The translations under genes were made by a program, and so were the position numbers. A DNA stretch of 42,503 bases, from IMG/VR virus record IMGVR_UViG_3300028610_000429; one strand, written 5' to 3'. The stretch is from a virus. Positions 30,664 through 39,471 of the stretch are shown in pieces; within the stretch, counting starts at the first letter, position 1, and every line of letters starts with the position of its first letter. Under the pieces are notes generated by a model that was given only the letters and a program-made list of their open reading frames with translations, was not told the DNA's origin and made no database searches.

Positions 30664-30692
30664 ATTACAGCACTTTTGTTACACTCTGTCAA
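30664..30692 (-). promoter_or_regulatory. Sigma70-type promoter P5 (TTGACA-17-TGTAAT)
   Basis: TTGACA at 30692..30687, 17-nt spacer, TGTAAT at 30669..30664. The -10 is weaker because it lacks the A at position 2. Confidence 0.5.
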
Positions 30693-30758
30693 TAGAAAAA
30701 TCCACCTAAAGTGGAAATTTCTAAATAAAATGCTTACATCTTTATTATAGCACAACTA

Positions 30759-30962
30759 TTATTCTCCGTCTTTAACACCTAGTTTCTTTTCAGTAGTGAC
30801 TCTCAAGAAAAAGTTCACAAACGGACTTAGTGCCACTAATAAAGCTCCTACACTTTCTGCTAATTCTGCATTTGGTTTATAACCTATGGCTGTCGCTAAA
30901 ACCATAACGATCGTCAAGAAGTTAAACCAAATTGTTTTAGATTTCCAAAATGCTTTTGTCAT
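30759..30962 (-). CDS. Holin-like 67-aa protein with two TM helices
   Basis: WFNFLTIVMVLATAIGY and VGALLVALSPFVNFFL are TM helices and the C-terminus is charged. The gene lies near the amidase gene. Confidence 0.45.
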   Translation of the reverse strand: MTKAFWKSKTIWFNFLTIVMVLATAIGYKPNAELAESVGALLVALSPFVNFFLRVTTEKKLGVKDGE

Positions 30963-31000
30963 TTTACTAATTTTTGGCTTGTAATATCGACTTTATTCCT

Positions 31001-31567
31001 TTATATTACCATATTAATATAATGATTAGACTTCTTTTTATTATCTGAAGCCCATAGAGGTTGTAAGTTGACTAAGCTCCAGCAACTTTTAAACTCTTTG
31101 TTTTCAACTGTTTTATACTTGAATAAACTTTTCGGCTTTCGGTGATCAATATGCCACTCGCCATAATTTTCAAAACTCATTCCTTTTTTAAAATTTACGC
31201 TTAGTCTTTGCATTAGTTTTTCTAAAGTATAGCCAACTAATGTTTCCCAGCTCGCCCCAAATTTCTTTCCTTTAAGTGCAAGCCATATAGCCGTTGCCAT
31301 ATTCCCATCAAGATGAAATTTTGGGTCTTTTCTTTTTCTTTCTCTTTCATATTTTCTCCTTAATTTATTTATTTGTTCTCGATGTTCTTGCCGATATTTT
31401 TGCTGATATTCTTTTCTATCTTTTTTATGTTCTTGCTGATATTTTTCATGATATTGTTTTGGATTGTCGCAATAACTTCCATCTATATAACTAGGATTAT
31501 TTTTTCCTTTTTTAAATCTTACTCCAAACTTATGTCCTTTTTGAAAACCCTTAATTCCTTTTGGCAT
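31001..31567 (-). CDS. HNH endonuclease (H-N-N type), free-standing cassette
   Basis: WHIDHRKPKS...NLQPLWASDNKKKSN. The track start at 31591 is a TTG inside the leader; the ATG is at 31567. The N-terminus MPKGIKGFQKGHK is identical over 13 aa to that of 38988..39461. Confidence 0.75.
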   Translation of the reverse strand: MPKGIKGFQKGHKFGVRFKKGKNNPSYIDGSYCDNPKQYHEKYQQEHKKDRKEYQQKYRQEHREQINKLRRKYERERKRKDPKFHLDGNMATAIWLALKGKKFGASWETLVGYTLEKLMQRLSVNFKKGMSFENYGEWHIDHRKPKSLFKYKTVENKEFKSCWSLVNLQPLWASDNKKKSNHYINMVI

Positions 31568-31580
31568 AATCTTAAAATTA

Positions 31581-31630
31581 AACACTCCCAACTGCTAGGC
31601 GGGGAGTGTTGTATAAAAAAGACCTAGCAG
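31581..31630 (-). promoter_or_regulatory. Structured 5' leader with two interleaved helices (A:A' 8 bp, B:B' 9 bp) upstream of HNH gene 31001..31567
   Basis: The minus strand reads CTGCTAGG-12nt-AACACTCCC-CG-CCTAGCAG-TT-GGGAGTGTT-TAATTTTAAGATT-ATG. Confidence 0.6.
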
Positions 31631-31638
31631 TTAATTAA

Positions 31639-31667
31639 AGTATATACCTTTTAAAGTTCTGTGTCAA
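31639..31667 (-). promoter_or_regulatory. Sigma70-type promoter P4 (TTGACA-17-TATACT)
   Basis: TTGACA at 31667..31662, 17-nt spacer CAGAACTTTAAAAGGTA, TATACT at 31644..31639. Confidence 0.7.
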
Positions 31668-31701
31668 ATTGATTAATAGCTTATCGTCTAGTCGTCTTAA
31701 T

Positions 31702-32232
31702 TTAGCTTCTCTGCTGATTTTTGTACCACTTGATATAATTGGCTATCTTGCTACCCGGACACACTGTTGGTTTGATATTTTTATGAACATAGATCTCTGA
31801 AAAAGGTATTCCGTGCTTGATTCTTAGCCTATCTAAAAGTTTTTTTAATTCTACTTTCATTTCTTCTGTGAACTTTGTATTATCTCCCATTACACAAACT
31901 CCTATAGAATTTTTGTTCCAATAACCAGGTCTTGCTTTCTCTACACAATGCGCTCCTTCTTCGTTGTCGGCTCTTGCTTGGAATAACTTACAATCAAGTT
32001 GTAAAAAATAATGATATCCGCAATAAAACCCTATACTACTTTTAAATCCCCATTTTTGTTTGTGCCAATTATCAACTGAAGCGAAATTATTCCCAGTTCC
32101 GTCATAGTGAACAACTATAGCAACAGGTACAGGAAGATTAGGAACAGTAAGCTTTTGCCTCAATATAAGAATTCTTAATTGAAGAAAAAAGATTTGTATT
32201 TTGAGTCTTATTTGTTCTAATGAATAGTTCAT
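31702..32232 (-). CDS. N-acetylmuramoyl-L-alanine amidase endolysin (Amidase_2 / T7-lysozyme / PGRP fold)
   Basis: VVHYDGT...WHKQKWGF...GYHYF...GAHC...NKNSIGVCVMG...HKNIKPTVCPG parallels the zinc and catalytic positions of T7 lysozyme. The N-terminus (IQIFFLQLRILIL) is moderately hydrophobic. Confidence 0.8.
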   Translation of the reverse strand: MNYSLEQIRLKIQIFFLQLRILILRQKLTVPNLPVPVAIVVHYDGTGNNFASVDNWHKQKWGFKSSIGFYCGYHYFLQLDCKLFQARADNEEGAHCVEKARPGYWNKNSIGVCVMGDNTKFTEEMKVELKKLLDRLRIKHGIPFSEIYVHKNIKPTVCPGSKIANYIKWYKNQQRS

Positions 32233-35200
32233 CGCATTTTTAATGATGGTAACTCCATTTTTAATGATTCTTTTTTTAACACGTCTCCCATTTTTAAGGA
32301 TGGCATTCCAGGAATTCCTTTCTTCCCTCTCTTTCTTTTCATTCCTAGCATATATTCACTCCATCCAAGCATTAAACCTATTCCCTCTCGCCAATCTTGT
32401 TCTAATAATTTTTGAACTGCTTTAGGCAATCTTAAAAGATATTTTGCAGGAACTCCAAAGTTTTCACTAGCCATGACCATTTCTCCAAGAGCATCTTTCA
32501 TGTCTTCTGCTGTTATGTCGTCAAAATCTATTTTAGAAAGAACATTTCCAACCTCTTGTATAGCTTGATTTATTGGTATTCCTATTTCATAGACTCTCAT
32601 TCCTAGGGCCTTTCTCAAAGCCCAATCTAACATGTCTCCAAAAATAAACAATCCATTTAAAGAACCAAAAATCATAGCTCTCCTATATTCTTCGTTATCT
32701 TCATCGGCCCAACCACCAAAATTACTTACCCACTGGAAAACAAGTGGTAGTAAAATGTGATAAATGAATAATGTTTTAGCTACCTTTTTTAAGTTTGCAG
32801 GAGTAGTTCCTCCTTTTTGAAATAAACTACTAACAGCATTAAGTTCTTTGGCTAAGTATTGTGCTGGGTTAGACTTAAACATTGAGAAAAGAGTTTCTAA
32901 ACTTCCTCCTTTCTGAAATGCTGTTAATCGGGAAATGTCTGATGATTGCTGTGTTTCAGATCCAAACTCTTCATATTCACTAACTGCTTCTGATAAACTC
33001 AAACCTTTTTTAAGTGCTACCCTTCTCATTATCCAGGAACCTGTTGTTATAGATCCAAGATCTCCAAGCATTATATTCATCATTGCCATATTTATAAAAC
33101 TGTTGACCTTAGAAAATCTATCATAAACTTCAGTTTTCATTGCGGCCTTGATATCTCTCTCGATATTTCCTTGTGTTCCTCTTGTTCTAATAAAAACACT
33201 TTCTTTAGCCATTATTTTGTAATTCTTGATTGGGTTTTTCCAAAAATCAACAAAGCCTGATGCAAACTCTACTGGTGTCACATCTTCTAAATAAGCTAAT
33301 GTAGCCGTAAATTGTTTAGCAGCTAAAGCAGGTTTTAACATCAATACACCTATTGTAAATTTCTTTCTGAACCAATCAACAGCTCCATGAAGTTGTCCAC
33401 GAGTCCTTCTATTAAAACCGATATCATCAATACTATTCTGTATTTCTCTTAATAGTTTGTTTCCAAATTCTTGATCGATAGACTCCCTGACTTTAGGATC
33501 TGAAAAGATATTATCCAATTCTCTGACCTTCTTCGCCCAAGCTATAAAATAATTAGTATCTGTGATATGTCTATCTAGTGCGTACAGACTACCCTGTTTA
33601 GCAATAGGTAAAATGTTTTTCCTTCTACTAATAAAGCTCTTACTCGTTACACCTCTTCTGTAATTAGCTTCGTCTAACAAGACTTCAAAACCTTGTTTTG
33701 TGTCAACTTGATATCCCTCTCTCATAATTGGAGAATAGAACTCATTGAAAGGAAGATCTACACCAAACATTTCTTGATAAAGAGGGTTTATTTTTTCATG
33801 TTGTTTTCTGTAAAGATTTAACTGCATATTAGCCAATCTAATCTCTTGTTTCGTAAGAGTAGAAGTAATAGCATCTTTAATCTCATTAGTGTAATAATTG
33901 CCCTGTAAAAAGCTTTGTTCTAGTGTTGGGTCCTTAAACTCCATATATCTCTTAATCATTTCGTCCTTAGTCATTTTAAGTTCTATTTTAGTTCCGACAT
34001 TGTTTATAAAAGTACCAAGATTTATTTCTTTTTTAAGTTTTCCAATTTCATCTCCTATTCTCAAAGGAAGCATTAAAGAATCTTTAGTTGTTTGATTAGG
34101 AATATCGTAGATTTCAGCAAACATTCTGTTAAAGTCATTAATATAACTTTCTTGCAATTCTTTTTGTTTATTATCTTGATCTAAAACAGAGAATCTTTTG
34201 TTAAGGGTCTTTTTATCAACTGGAGTATGCCGGTCCAAAATACGCATTAATCCTGGCCAACTCAAAACAAAATCATTTCCTAAAGATCTAAGAGAATGAA
34301 TCATTTTTCTTCTCCAAGTCATTCTTGCTCTTCCGACTGTCTCTCTGCCTTTTACTATTCCTTTATAATCAGTTACTACGTCAATAATGTATTTTTTCTT
34401 TCGATCTAAATCTTCCTGAATGTTAAATTTCCTAAGAGATGAGGCTACATCTCCTGTTTCCTTCATTTTTCTAATCATACCCAATAAACTTCTTAAACTT
34501 TTAGCGTCCCTAGAGCTCATACTTAAAATCCTATTCTGTAACGCAATCTCTGCCGGCATTGGCTTTAACTTATACTTTTCAAGATTGCTATCTATTTTCT
34601 CTTCAGCTTGAATTTGAGTAAGTCCTATTGCTCCTCTTGTAGAATCTAAAACACGCTGAACATCAGCTGTAAATTTTCCTATTGGTTTTCCTGCTACAAT
34701 TTTAGGTTTTACCGCTTTCAATTCTTTCTTGATATCAGTTTTTAGTCTCCTAATTTCGCTTGATTCCGCTAAACTAACAATTCTTTCTTGAATCTCTGGG
34801 AGTTTAGATTGTAATTGCTCAGGTGTTTGAATGTTTTTGATTACTCTTCTGAATTTTGCTTTGTCTTTAAGTTCTAATTCTGACTTATCTATAAAATCAA
34901 CCAATTCTGACTGAACAGCTTTAATTTGTTGCTTGGTTACAATAACACCTGTTCTTGCCCCTCTTGCTAGGTTTTTAAATCTTTCTTTTAAAAGGGTAGT
35001 CTCTCTCATTGTTATTTTTTTAGATACAGGAATTCCTAACAACTTCTTTACTGAAGGTGGTTTCACTACTTTTTCTTTTGGCTTAACTTCTTGTGCTTTG
35101 TTGTAAAAATCTTTTATCCTGTCAAACTCTCCTTCAAAATTTAACAATGGAGCTTGGTCATTAAACACGATAGGTATTGTTTTATCTCCTTTTTCTATTG

Positions 35201-36818
35201 CTTGGAAAAATCTATGATTCCCATCTTGTATTTGTATTTTACCTTGTTTGTTTATCTCTACTCTAATTGGTTCTGTTAAAACATCCTTTTTTGGTTTACG
35301 AAGCTTGATTGTGTTTTCAGCAGTATGTCCCTCAGTTGGAAGAATATCTTTTATAGAAACATTTATTGGCTTTTGTGCCATAACAAACTCCTCTGCACTC
35401 TTATATTTCTTGGCTTCTTCTATTAACTCTTTGGAAACCTCCTCTTCTCCAAACTGAATAGAACCTCTTTGTCTCTCTTCAGGAGTTAATTTATCATATT
35501 GTTCTTTTGCAAATGTAGTTAATGAAGAAACAGCTCCGATTCCTCCAAATGGAGCTATACCTAAAGTTTCAACTAATAATCTTTCCATCCCTTCTGGAGT
35601 CCAGGGAGCTTTGTATTCTCTCTCCTCAATAGGTGCCTGTAATAATTCAGCTAATTCTTCCTCAAATACTTCTCCAATAATTCCGTTCCAGGATATCTGT
35701 TCAGCTAATTCTTCAAGAGCTTTTGAACTCATGGATATTCCTCTTTTAGCTAACCACTTTCCTAGAGTTGCTTTTGATAGATATTCAATAGGATTTCCTA
35801 CAATACTACCTGCATATTCAGTTATTACTTCGACAAAACTAGACCCAAAAGATTTGACCATTTCCTTCTTCCAATTAAAATCCTTACCAAGACTTTCATA
35901 TATTTCAGGAAACAAAGGGCTTTGTAATTCCTTTTGGTAAGGAAGTGATTTTTCAGCTATATCGCTTGGAAGTTGAGTTGCTGCAAATGTTCCTGCTTGG
36001 ACTGCCACCCCAACAGCATTAGAGATGAGAGCGTTTATTCCTATCTCGGCAGGAGCCTTCCAAAGTTTTTGAACAATACTTGGAACTGCAACTGTTGCCC
36101 CCTCCCCTAATATAGTTTTAGTTATAGCGGTGACAGGTTCAGCAACGAGAGACTTTAATCCTGCAAATTCTGCCATATATGTCGGCATTTCAGATATTAC
36201 CCTTCCAACAAAATAAGACCAACTTCTGTCTATTGGTAGTTGTTGAGCCCTAGCTTTTTCTATCAAGCTAGTCTCATAAGATGTTAATTCTTCTCCTTCC
36301 TCAGCTTTTTTAGCTGCCTTAATCACTTGTAAAGACTCGTCTAAAGAGAATCCATATCTTGCAAAAGGAAGTGCCTTTTCAGGTTCTTTTAATGGATCAG
36401 TTAATCCTTCGTAAAATTCATCCATTAATGATTTATCCTCTTGGGCCAGAAGATCATTGTACAAATCCAAAGTCAATTCTAAATTTCTAATCTCGCTTCT
36501 TTTGGTTTCAGCTTCTTTTACTTCAGGAAATGCTTCGGCTATAAGTTTTGCTGGTCCAGCTAAAGGAACTGCAATTTTTCTTCCTGGCATTGTTTCGAAT
36601 TCACTTTTAGCTTTGCTTAAACTACTTTCAATACTGGTTTTTATTTGCCCTACTTCTTTTGTTCTTGCCATTTCTTCTGCTTCCCATGCAAAAGGAATTT
36701 CTGTTTTAAGAGAAGGTAATTTTTTGGTTTCGGGTTTAATTGTTTGCCACGGTGGAAGAATATCTTTATCTTCTCCTAAAAACCCTAAACCTATGTTTTT
36801 AAGGGATGGTAATGGCAT
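32229..36818 (-). CDS. 1529-aa giant virion or ejection-type protein with an internal ParB-like (ParBc) domain and a C-terminal multi-TM region
   Basis: aa 485-552 (nt 35163..35366) read VSIKDILPTEGH...IRVEINKQGKIQIQDGNHRFFQAIEKGDKTIPIVF, carrying the DGxHR ParB N-domain signature. Hydrophobic helices lie near the C-terminus. (L/M)PSLK motifs occur at both termini. Confidence 0.55.
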   Translation of the reverse strand: MPLPSLKNIGLGFLGEDKDILPPWQTIKPETKKLPSLKTEIPFAWEAEEMARTKEVGQIKTSIESSLSKAKSEFETMPGRKIAVPLAGPAKLIAEAFPEVKEAETKRSEIRNLELTLDLYNDLLAQEDKSLMDEFYEGLTDPLKEPEKALPFARYGFSLDESLQVIKAAKKAEEGEELTSYETSLIEKARAQQLPIDRSWSYFVGRVISEMPTYMAEFAGLKSLVAEPVTAITKTILGEGATVAVPSIVQKLWKAPAEIGINALISNAVGVAVQAGTFAATQLPSDIAEKSLPYQKELQSPLFPEIYESLGKDFNWKKEMVKSFGSSFVEVITEYAGSIVGNPIEYLSKATLGKWLAKRGISMSSKALEELAEQISWNGIIGEVFEEELAELLQAPIEEREYKAPWTPEGMERLLVETLGIAPFGGIGAVSSLTTFAKEQYDKLTPEERQRGSIQFGEEEVSKELIEEAKKYKSAEEFVMAQKPINVSIKDILPTEGHTAENTIKLRKPKKDVLTEPIRVEINKQGKIQIQDGNHRFFQAIEKGDKTIPIVFNDQAPLLNFEGEFDRIKDFYNKAQEVKPKEKVVKPPSVKKLLGIPVSKKITMRETTLLKERFKNLARGARTGVIVTKQQIKAVQSELVDFIDKSELELKDKAKFRRVIKNIQTPEQLQSKLPEIQERIVSLAESSEIRRLKTDIKKELKAVKPKIVAGKPIGKFTADVQRVLDSTRGAIGLTQIQAEEKIDSNLEKYKLKPMPAEIALQNRILSMSSRDAKSLRSLLGMIRKMKETGDVASSLRKFNIQEDLDRKKKYIIDVVTDYKGIVKGRETVGRARMTWRRKMIHSLRSLGNDFVLSWPGLMRILDRHTPVDKKTLNKRFSVLDQDNKQKELQESYINDFNRMFAEIYDIPNQTTKDSLMLPLRIGDEIGKLKKEINLGTFINNVGTKIELKMTKDEMIKRYMEFKDPTLEQSFLQGNYYTNEIKDAITSTLTKQEIRLANMQLNLYRKQHEKINPLYQEMFGVDLPFNEFYSPIMREGYQVDTKQGFEVLLDEANYRRGVTSKSFISRRKNILPIAKQGSLYALDRHITDTNYFIAWAKKVRELDNIFSDPKVRESIDQEFGNKLLREIQNSIDDIGFNRRTRGQLHGAVDWFRKKFTIGVLMLKPALAAKQFTATLAYLEDVTPVEFASGFVDFWKNPIKNYKIMAKESVFIRTRGTQGNIERDIKAAMKTEVYDRFSKVNSFINMAMMNIMLGDLGSITTGSWIMRRVALKKGLSLSEAVSEYEEFGSETQQSSDISRLTAFQKGGSLETLFSMFKSNPAQYLAKELNAVSSLFQKGGTTPANLKKVAKTLFIYHILLPLVFQWVSNFGGWADEDNEEYRRAMIFGSLNGLFIFGDMLDWALRKALGMRVYEIGIPINQAIQEVGNVLSKIDFDDITAEDMKDALGEMVMASENFGVPAKYLLRLPKAVQKLLEQDWREGIGLMLGWSEYMLGMKRKRGKKGIPGMPSLKMGDVLKKESLKMELPSLKMR

Positions 36819-38038
36819 TATTTAAAAATGTTATTAATAATGTCTTGAATAGGACCAGGAATTTTATCTAAATCATTTTCAGCCTTGTAAGTCCTCTCAA
36901 AGTCTTTTTTAGAATATCCTGCATCTTTATATTGAGTAACAATATCTCTCAATTTATCCATACTTTCTTTAACAGTTACATCTCCTTCTTCTATTCCAAG
37001 ATTAGCTTTTTCTTCAGGACTTAGTAAGTGTGAAAATCTTTTATCAAACTCTGTAGGACCAGTCTTTGCTGTTGTTCTTAAATCCATATAAGTACTAGGG
37101 TCAACAAATCCATCAGTTCCTCTACTTGCAATAAGTTGACTCTCTATTTCTGTATCAGAATCTTCAGGAGTCTTAGTAGTAGCTACGCCTTTAAATACTC
37201 CTAGAGTTTTAGCTTCTCCACTCTTTGTTATTCCGATTATAGTTAGGTTTCCTTCATCATCTACTTGAGATGTTATACTTTCATATTGAGATGCTTTCTC
37301 ACCAATTCCAGGAATTGTAGCCGTTTTAAATTCTCCAGTTTCAGGATCTTGAGTTACTATTGTTAAGTTTCCTTCGTCATCAAATACTGTACTTATTGCA
37401 TCTGGAATATCTTTATCTACTAAATCTTTAATTTTCGTTCTAATGTTGATTTCTCTTTCAAGTAAGTCAAATGGTAATTCTCTTTCTTTTTCCGTTAATC
37501 CGAGTTCTACTAAAATATCTGCTTTTGTTCGCTCTAATCCTTTTTCTGCAACTCCTAATCCTCTAGTTAATCTTCCAAATTCTTTAGTTATAGGCGCTCT
37601 TTCTGCTGCTTCTATTCTTCTTCTTTGAGGATCAGAAACTAGAAACTCTTTAGTTCTTGCAGTGATATCTTCATCCAATTCATCTAACAGCGTTTGGGTT
37701 TTTGCTACTTCTTCTTCGAAAGTTCCAACTATTTCTCTTTTAGCCTCTACTCCTTTTTCCTCTTCAAGTCGTTTCTTTTCTTCTAACAGAGTAGGTTGGT
37801 CTTCCCTTCCAGCAAAAGCATCAGTTAGTTGTTTTATTAAACTATCGTATGGTGTTCCCTTGTCTCCTTCGCCACCTAAATCACCACCCAGATCTGTAGG
37901 TTCTAATAAAGTTTCTCCTCCCTTTCCTGTTACTCCTTCCTTTTCAACTCTACCAAAAAGGTCAGTAGTAGTTTCTTTAATACTCTTAAATGATTCTTCG
38001 AGTAACCCTGTTTTTTTCTTTTTTGTATTATTTACCAT
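36818..38038 (-). CDS. 406-aa acidic late protein with an internal repeat (DDEGNLTI...), unknown
   Basis: Track ORF. DDEGNLTIVTQDPETGEFKTATIPGIG is repeated as DDEGNLTIIGITKSGEAKTLGVFKGV. Confidence 0.6.
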   Translation of the reverse strand: MVNNTKKKKTGLLEESFKSIKETTTDLFGRVEKEGVTGKGGETLLEPTDLGGDLGGEGDKGTPYDSLIKQLTDAFAGREDQPTLLEEKKRLEEEKGVEAKREIVGTFEEEVAKTQTLLDELDEDITARTKEFLVSDPQRRRIEAAERAPITKEFGRLTRGLGVAEKGLERTKADILVELGLTEKERELPFDLLEREINIRTKIKDLVDKDIPDAISTVFDDEGNLTIVTQDPETGEFKTATIPGIGEKASQYESITSQVDDEGNLTIIGITKSGEAKTLGVFKGVATTKTPEDSDTEIESQLIASRGTDGFVDPSTYMDLRTTAKTGPTEFDKRFSHLLSPEEKANLGIEEGDVTVKESMDKLRDIVTQYKDAGYSKKDFERTYKAENDLDKIPGPIQDIINNIFK

Positions 38039-38040
38039 GT

Positions 38041-38991
38041 TTATTCTATTGTTATGTCATTTGTCCATAGAATAGCGAAGTCTTCTATGCTTAAATCTCT
38101 CGTTTGGAGAGGTTCGACATATACACTCTCACTCCTTTGCAAATCGTTTATTATTAGGTTTCTTAACATTCCACCTACAACAGAAGTTAATCCTGCTTCC
38201 TTTCCACCATCATACATTCTCCAGTATCTCTCTGCCATAGTAGGATCTTCTAAATGTTGATAGTAAAGCGCTAATGGTCTGAAATAAAGTAGTGGATGAA
38301 ATTCTCCTGGAACATGTGAAAATTCTCCTATTGTATAAGATTCAGTTTGTCCGGTAAAAGTAGTTCCTTCAAATCCTTTAACTAACTCTAATGCTAAAAC
38401 ACCTGTAATAGAATCAATTTCATACCATCTAAAATCTCCATAGGTATAATCTATTCTCATATAATTTCCTATGGCGTTTGTGGCCCAAGCGGTATCTGTT
38501 CCACCTACTGTTTCGTCTCCATTCGTAGCGGCTGCAATAGTTCCGGTCGTGTAATCTGCAAGAGATAAATCTCTTAATCTTCTAGTTCCTCTTATTTGAA
38601 TCTCGCTATCTGCTGTAGCTGGTTCTGGCCACAATAAAACCTTATTGCCTTCTTTCATAAAGAATCTTGTTATATCAGAGTCTCCTGACTGCATTGACTG
38701 TAAATACTCCCAAAATCGAGGATCTTCTACTGGTCTTGGTCTATAAATAACTCCACCATCCATCGTTATTTTAACACTTCTAATACTTTGAATTTGATTA
38801 GGAATTTGATAACCCTCTTGTGAAGCAACAGTACCTACAGTATCGGTTATTTCAAGAGATAAAAGAGGTGCTTTGGCTGACACTATTTTATTAGTATCAT
38901 TAACCCACCTTTTAAAAATAGTTAATTGAGCAGCAGAAGTATCTCCTGTGATATTTTGAAGCTCTGTATATAATTCTTGAAATGATTTCAT
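38041..38991 (-). CDS. 316-aa structural-module protein (adaptor or tail component candidate)
   Basis: Track ORF with ordinary globular composition. Confidence 0.55.
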   Translation of the reverse strand: MKSFQELYTELQNITGDTSAAQLTIFKRWVNDTNKIVSAKAPLLSLEITDTVGTVASQEGYQIPNQIQSIRSVKITMDGGVIYRPRPVEDPRFWEYLQSMQSGDSDITRFFMKEGNKVLLWPEPATADSEIQIRGTRRLRDLSLADYTTGTIAAATNGDETVGGTDTAWATNAIGNYMRIDYTYGDFRWYEIDSITGVLALELVKGFEGTTFTGQTESYTIGEFSHVPGEFHPLLYFRPLALYYQHLEDPTMAERYWRMYDGGKEAGLTSVVGGMLRNLIINDLQRSESVYVEPLQTRDLSIEDFAILWTNDITIE

Positions 38992-39461
38992 CTTTTTGAA
39001 ATTAATTTATAATTTTTATTAAAATTGCTTCCATAAGTATCGGTTTTCTTATGGCAATCCCTACAAAGTGTTCTTCCATTATCTATCGCAAATCTTAATT
39101 CTGGGAATAAAGCAAATGGCTTTATATGATCTGCTTGTAAGTTTCCACCTTTATCATCTCCGCAAAAAACACAAGTATAGTTATCTCTTTCAAAAACTGC
39201 TTTTCGCCAAATTTTATATTCTTTTGATTTTCTTAATCTATCCAATTCAGGATAATCTTTCATCTTTCCACCCTTCCAATTTGGATGATTTTTACCACAA
39301 GGAAACTTATAAGCATTTGGGTATTTTTTTCTTCCTTTCATCCATTTACCAACTCCTATTCTTTTATGAGTTTTACTTATTTTAGTTCCTGCTTTTTTTC
39401 TTGCATTTTTGGAAACTAAATCTTTATGACCTTTTTGAAATCCTTTTATTCCTTTTGGCAT
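38988..39461 (-). CDS. HNH homing endonuclease inserted between structural genes
   Basis: NHPNWKGG...WRKAVFERDNYTCVFCG...LQADHIKPF...NGRTLCRDCHKKT. The track start at 39497 is TTG; the ATG is at 39461 (MPKGIKGFQKGHK). Confidence 0.8.
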   Translation of the reverse strand: MPKGIKGFQKGHKDLVSKNARKKAGTKISKTHKRIGVGKWMKGRKKYPNAYKFPCGKNHPNWKGGKMKDYPELDRLRKSKEYKIWRKAVFERDNYTCVFCGDDKGGNLQADHIKPFALFPELRFAIDNGRTLCRDCHKKTDTYGSNFNKNYKLISKR

Positions 39462-39471
39462 ATACTGAATT

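Noticed and set aside
30744-30754. A perfect extended -10 (TGTGCTATAAT) immediately after the holin-like gene as an independent promoter.
   Set aside because: It is followed within about 30 nt by a hairpin and U-run (30701..30715) and then by promoter P5. A productive transcription unit is therefore hard to define. I kept it only as supporting evidence for the GTGCTAT motif family.
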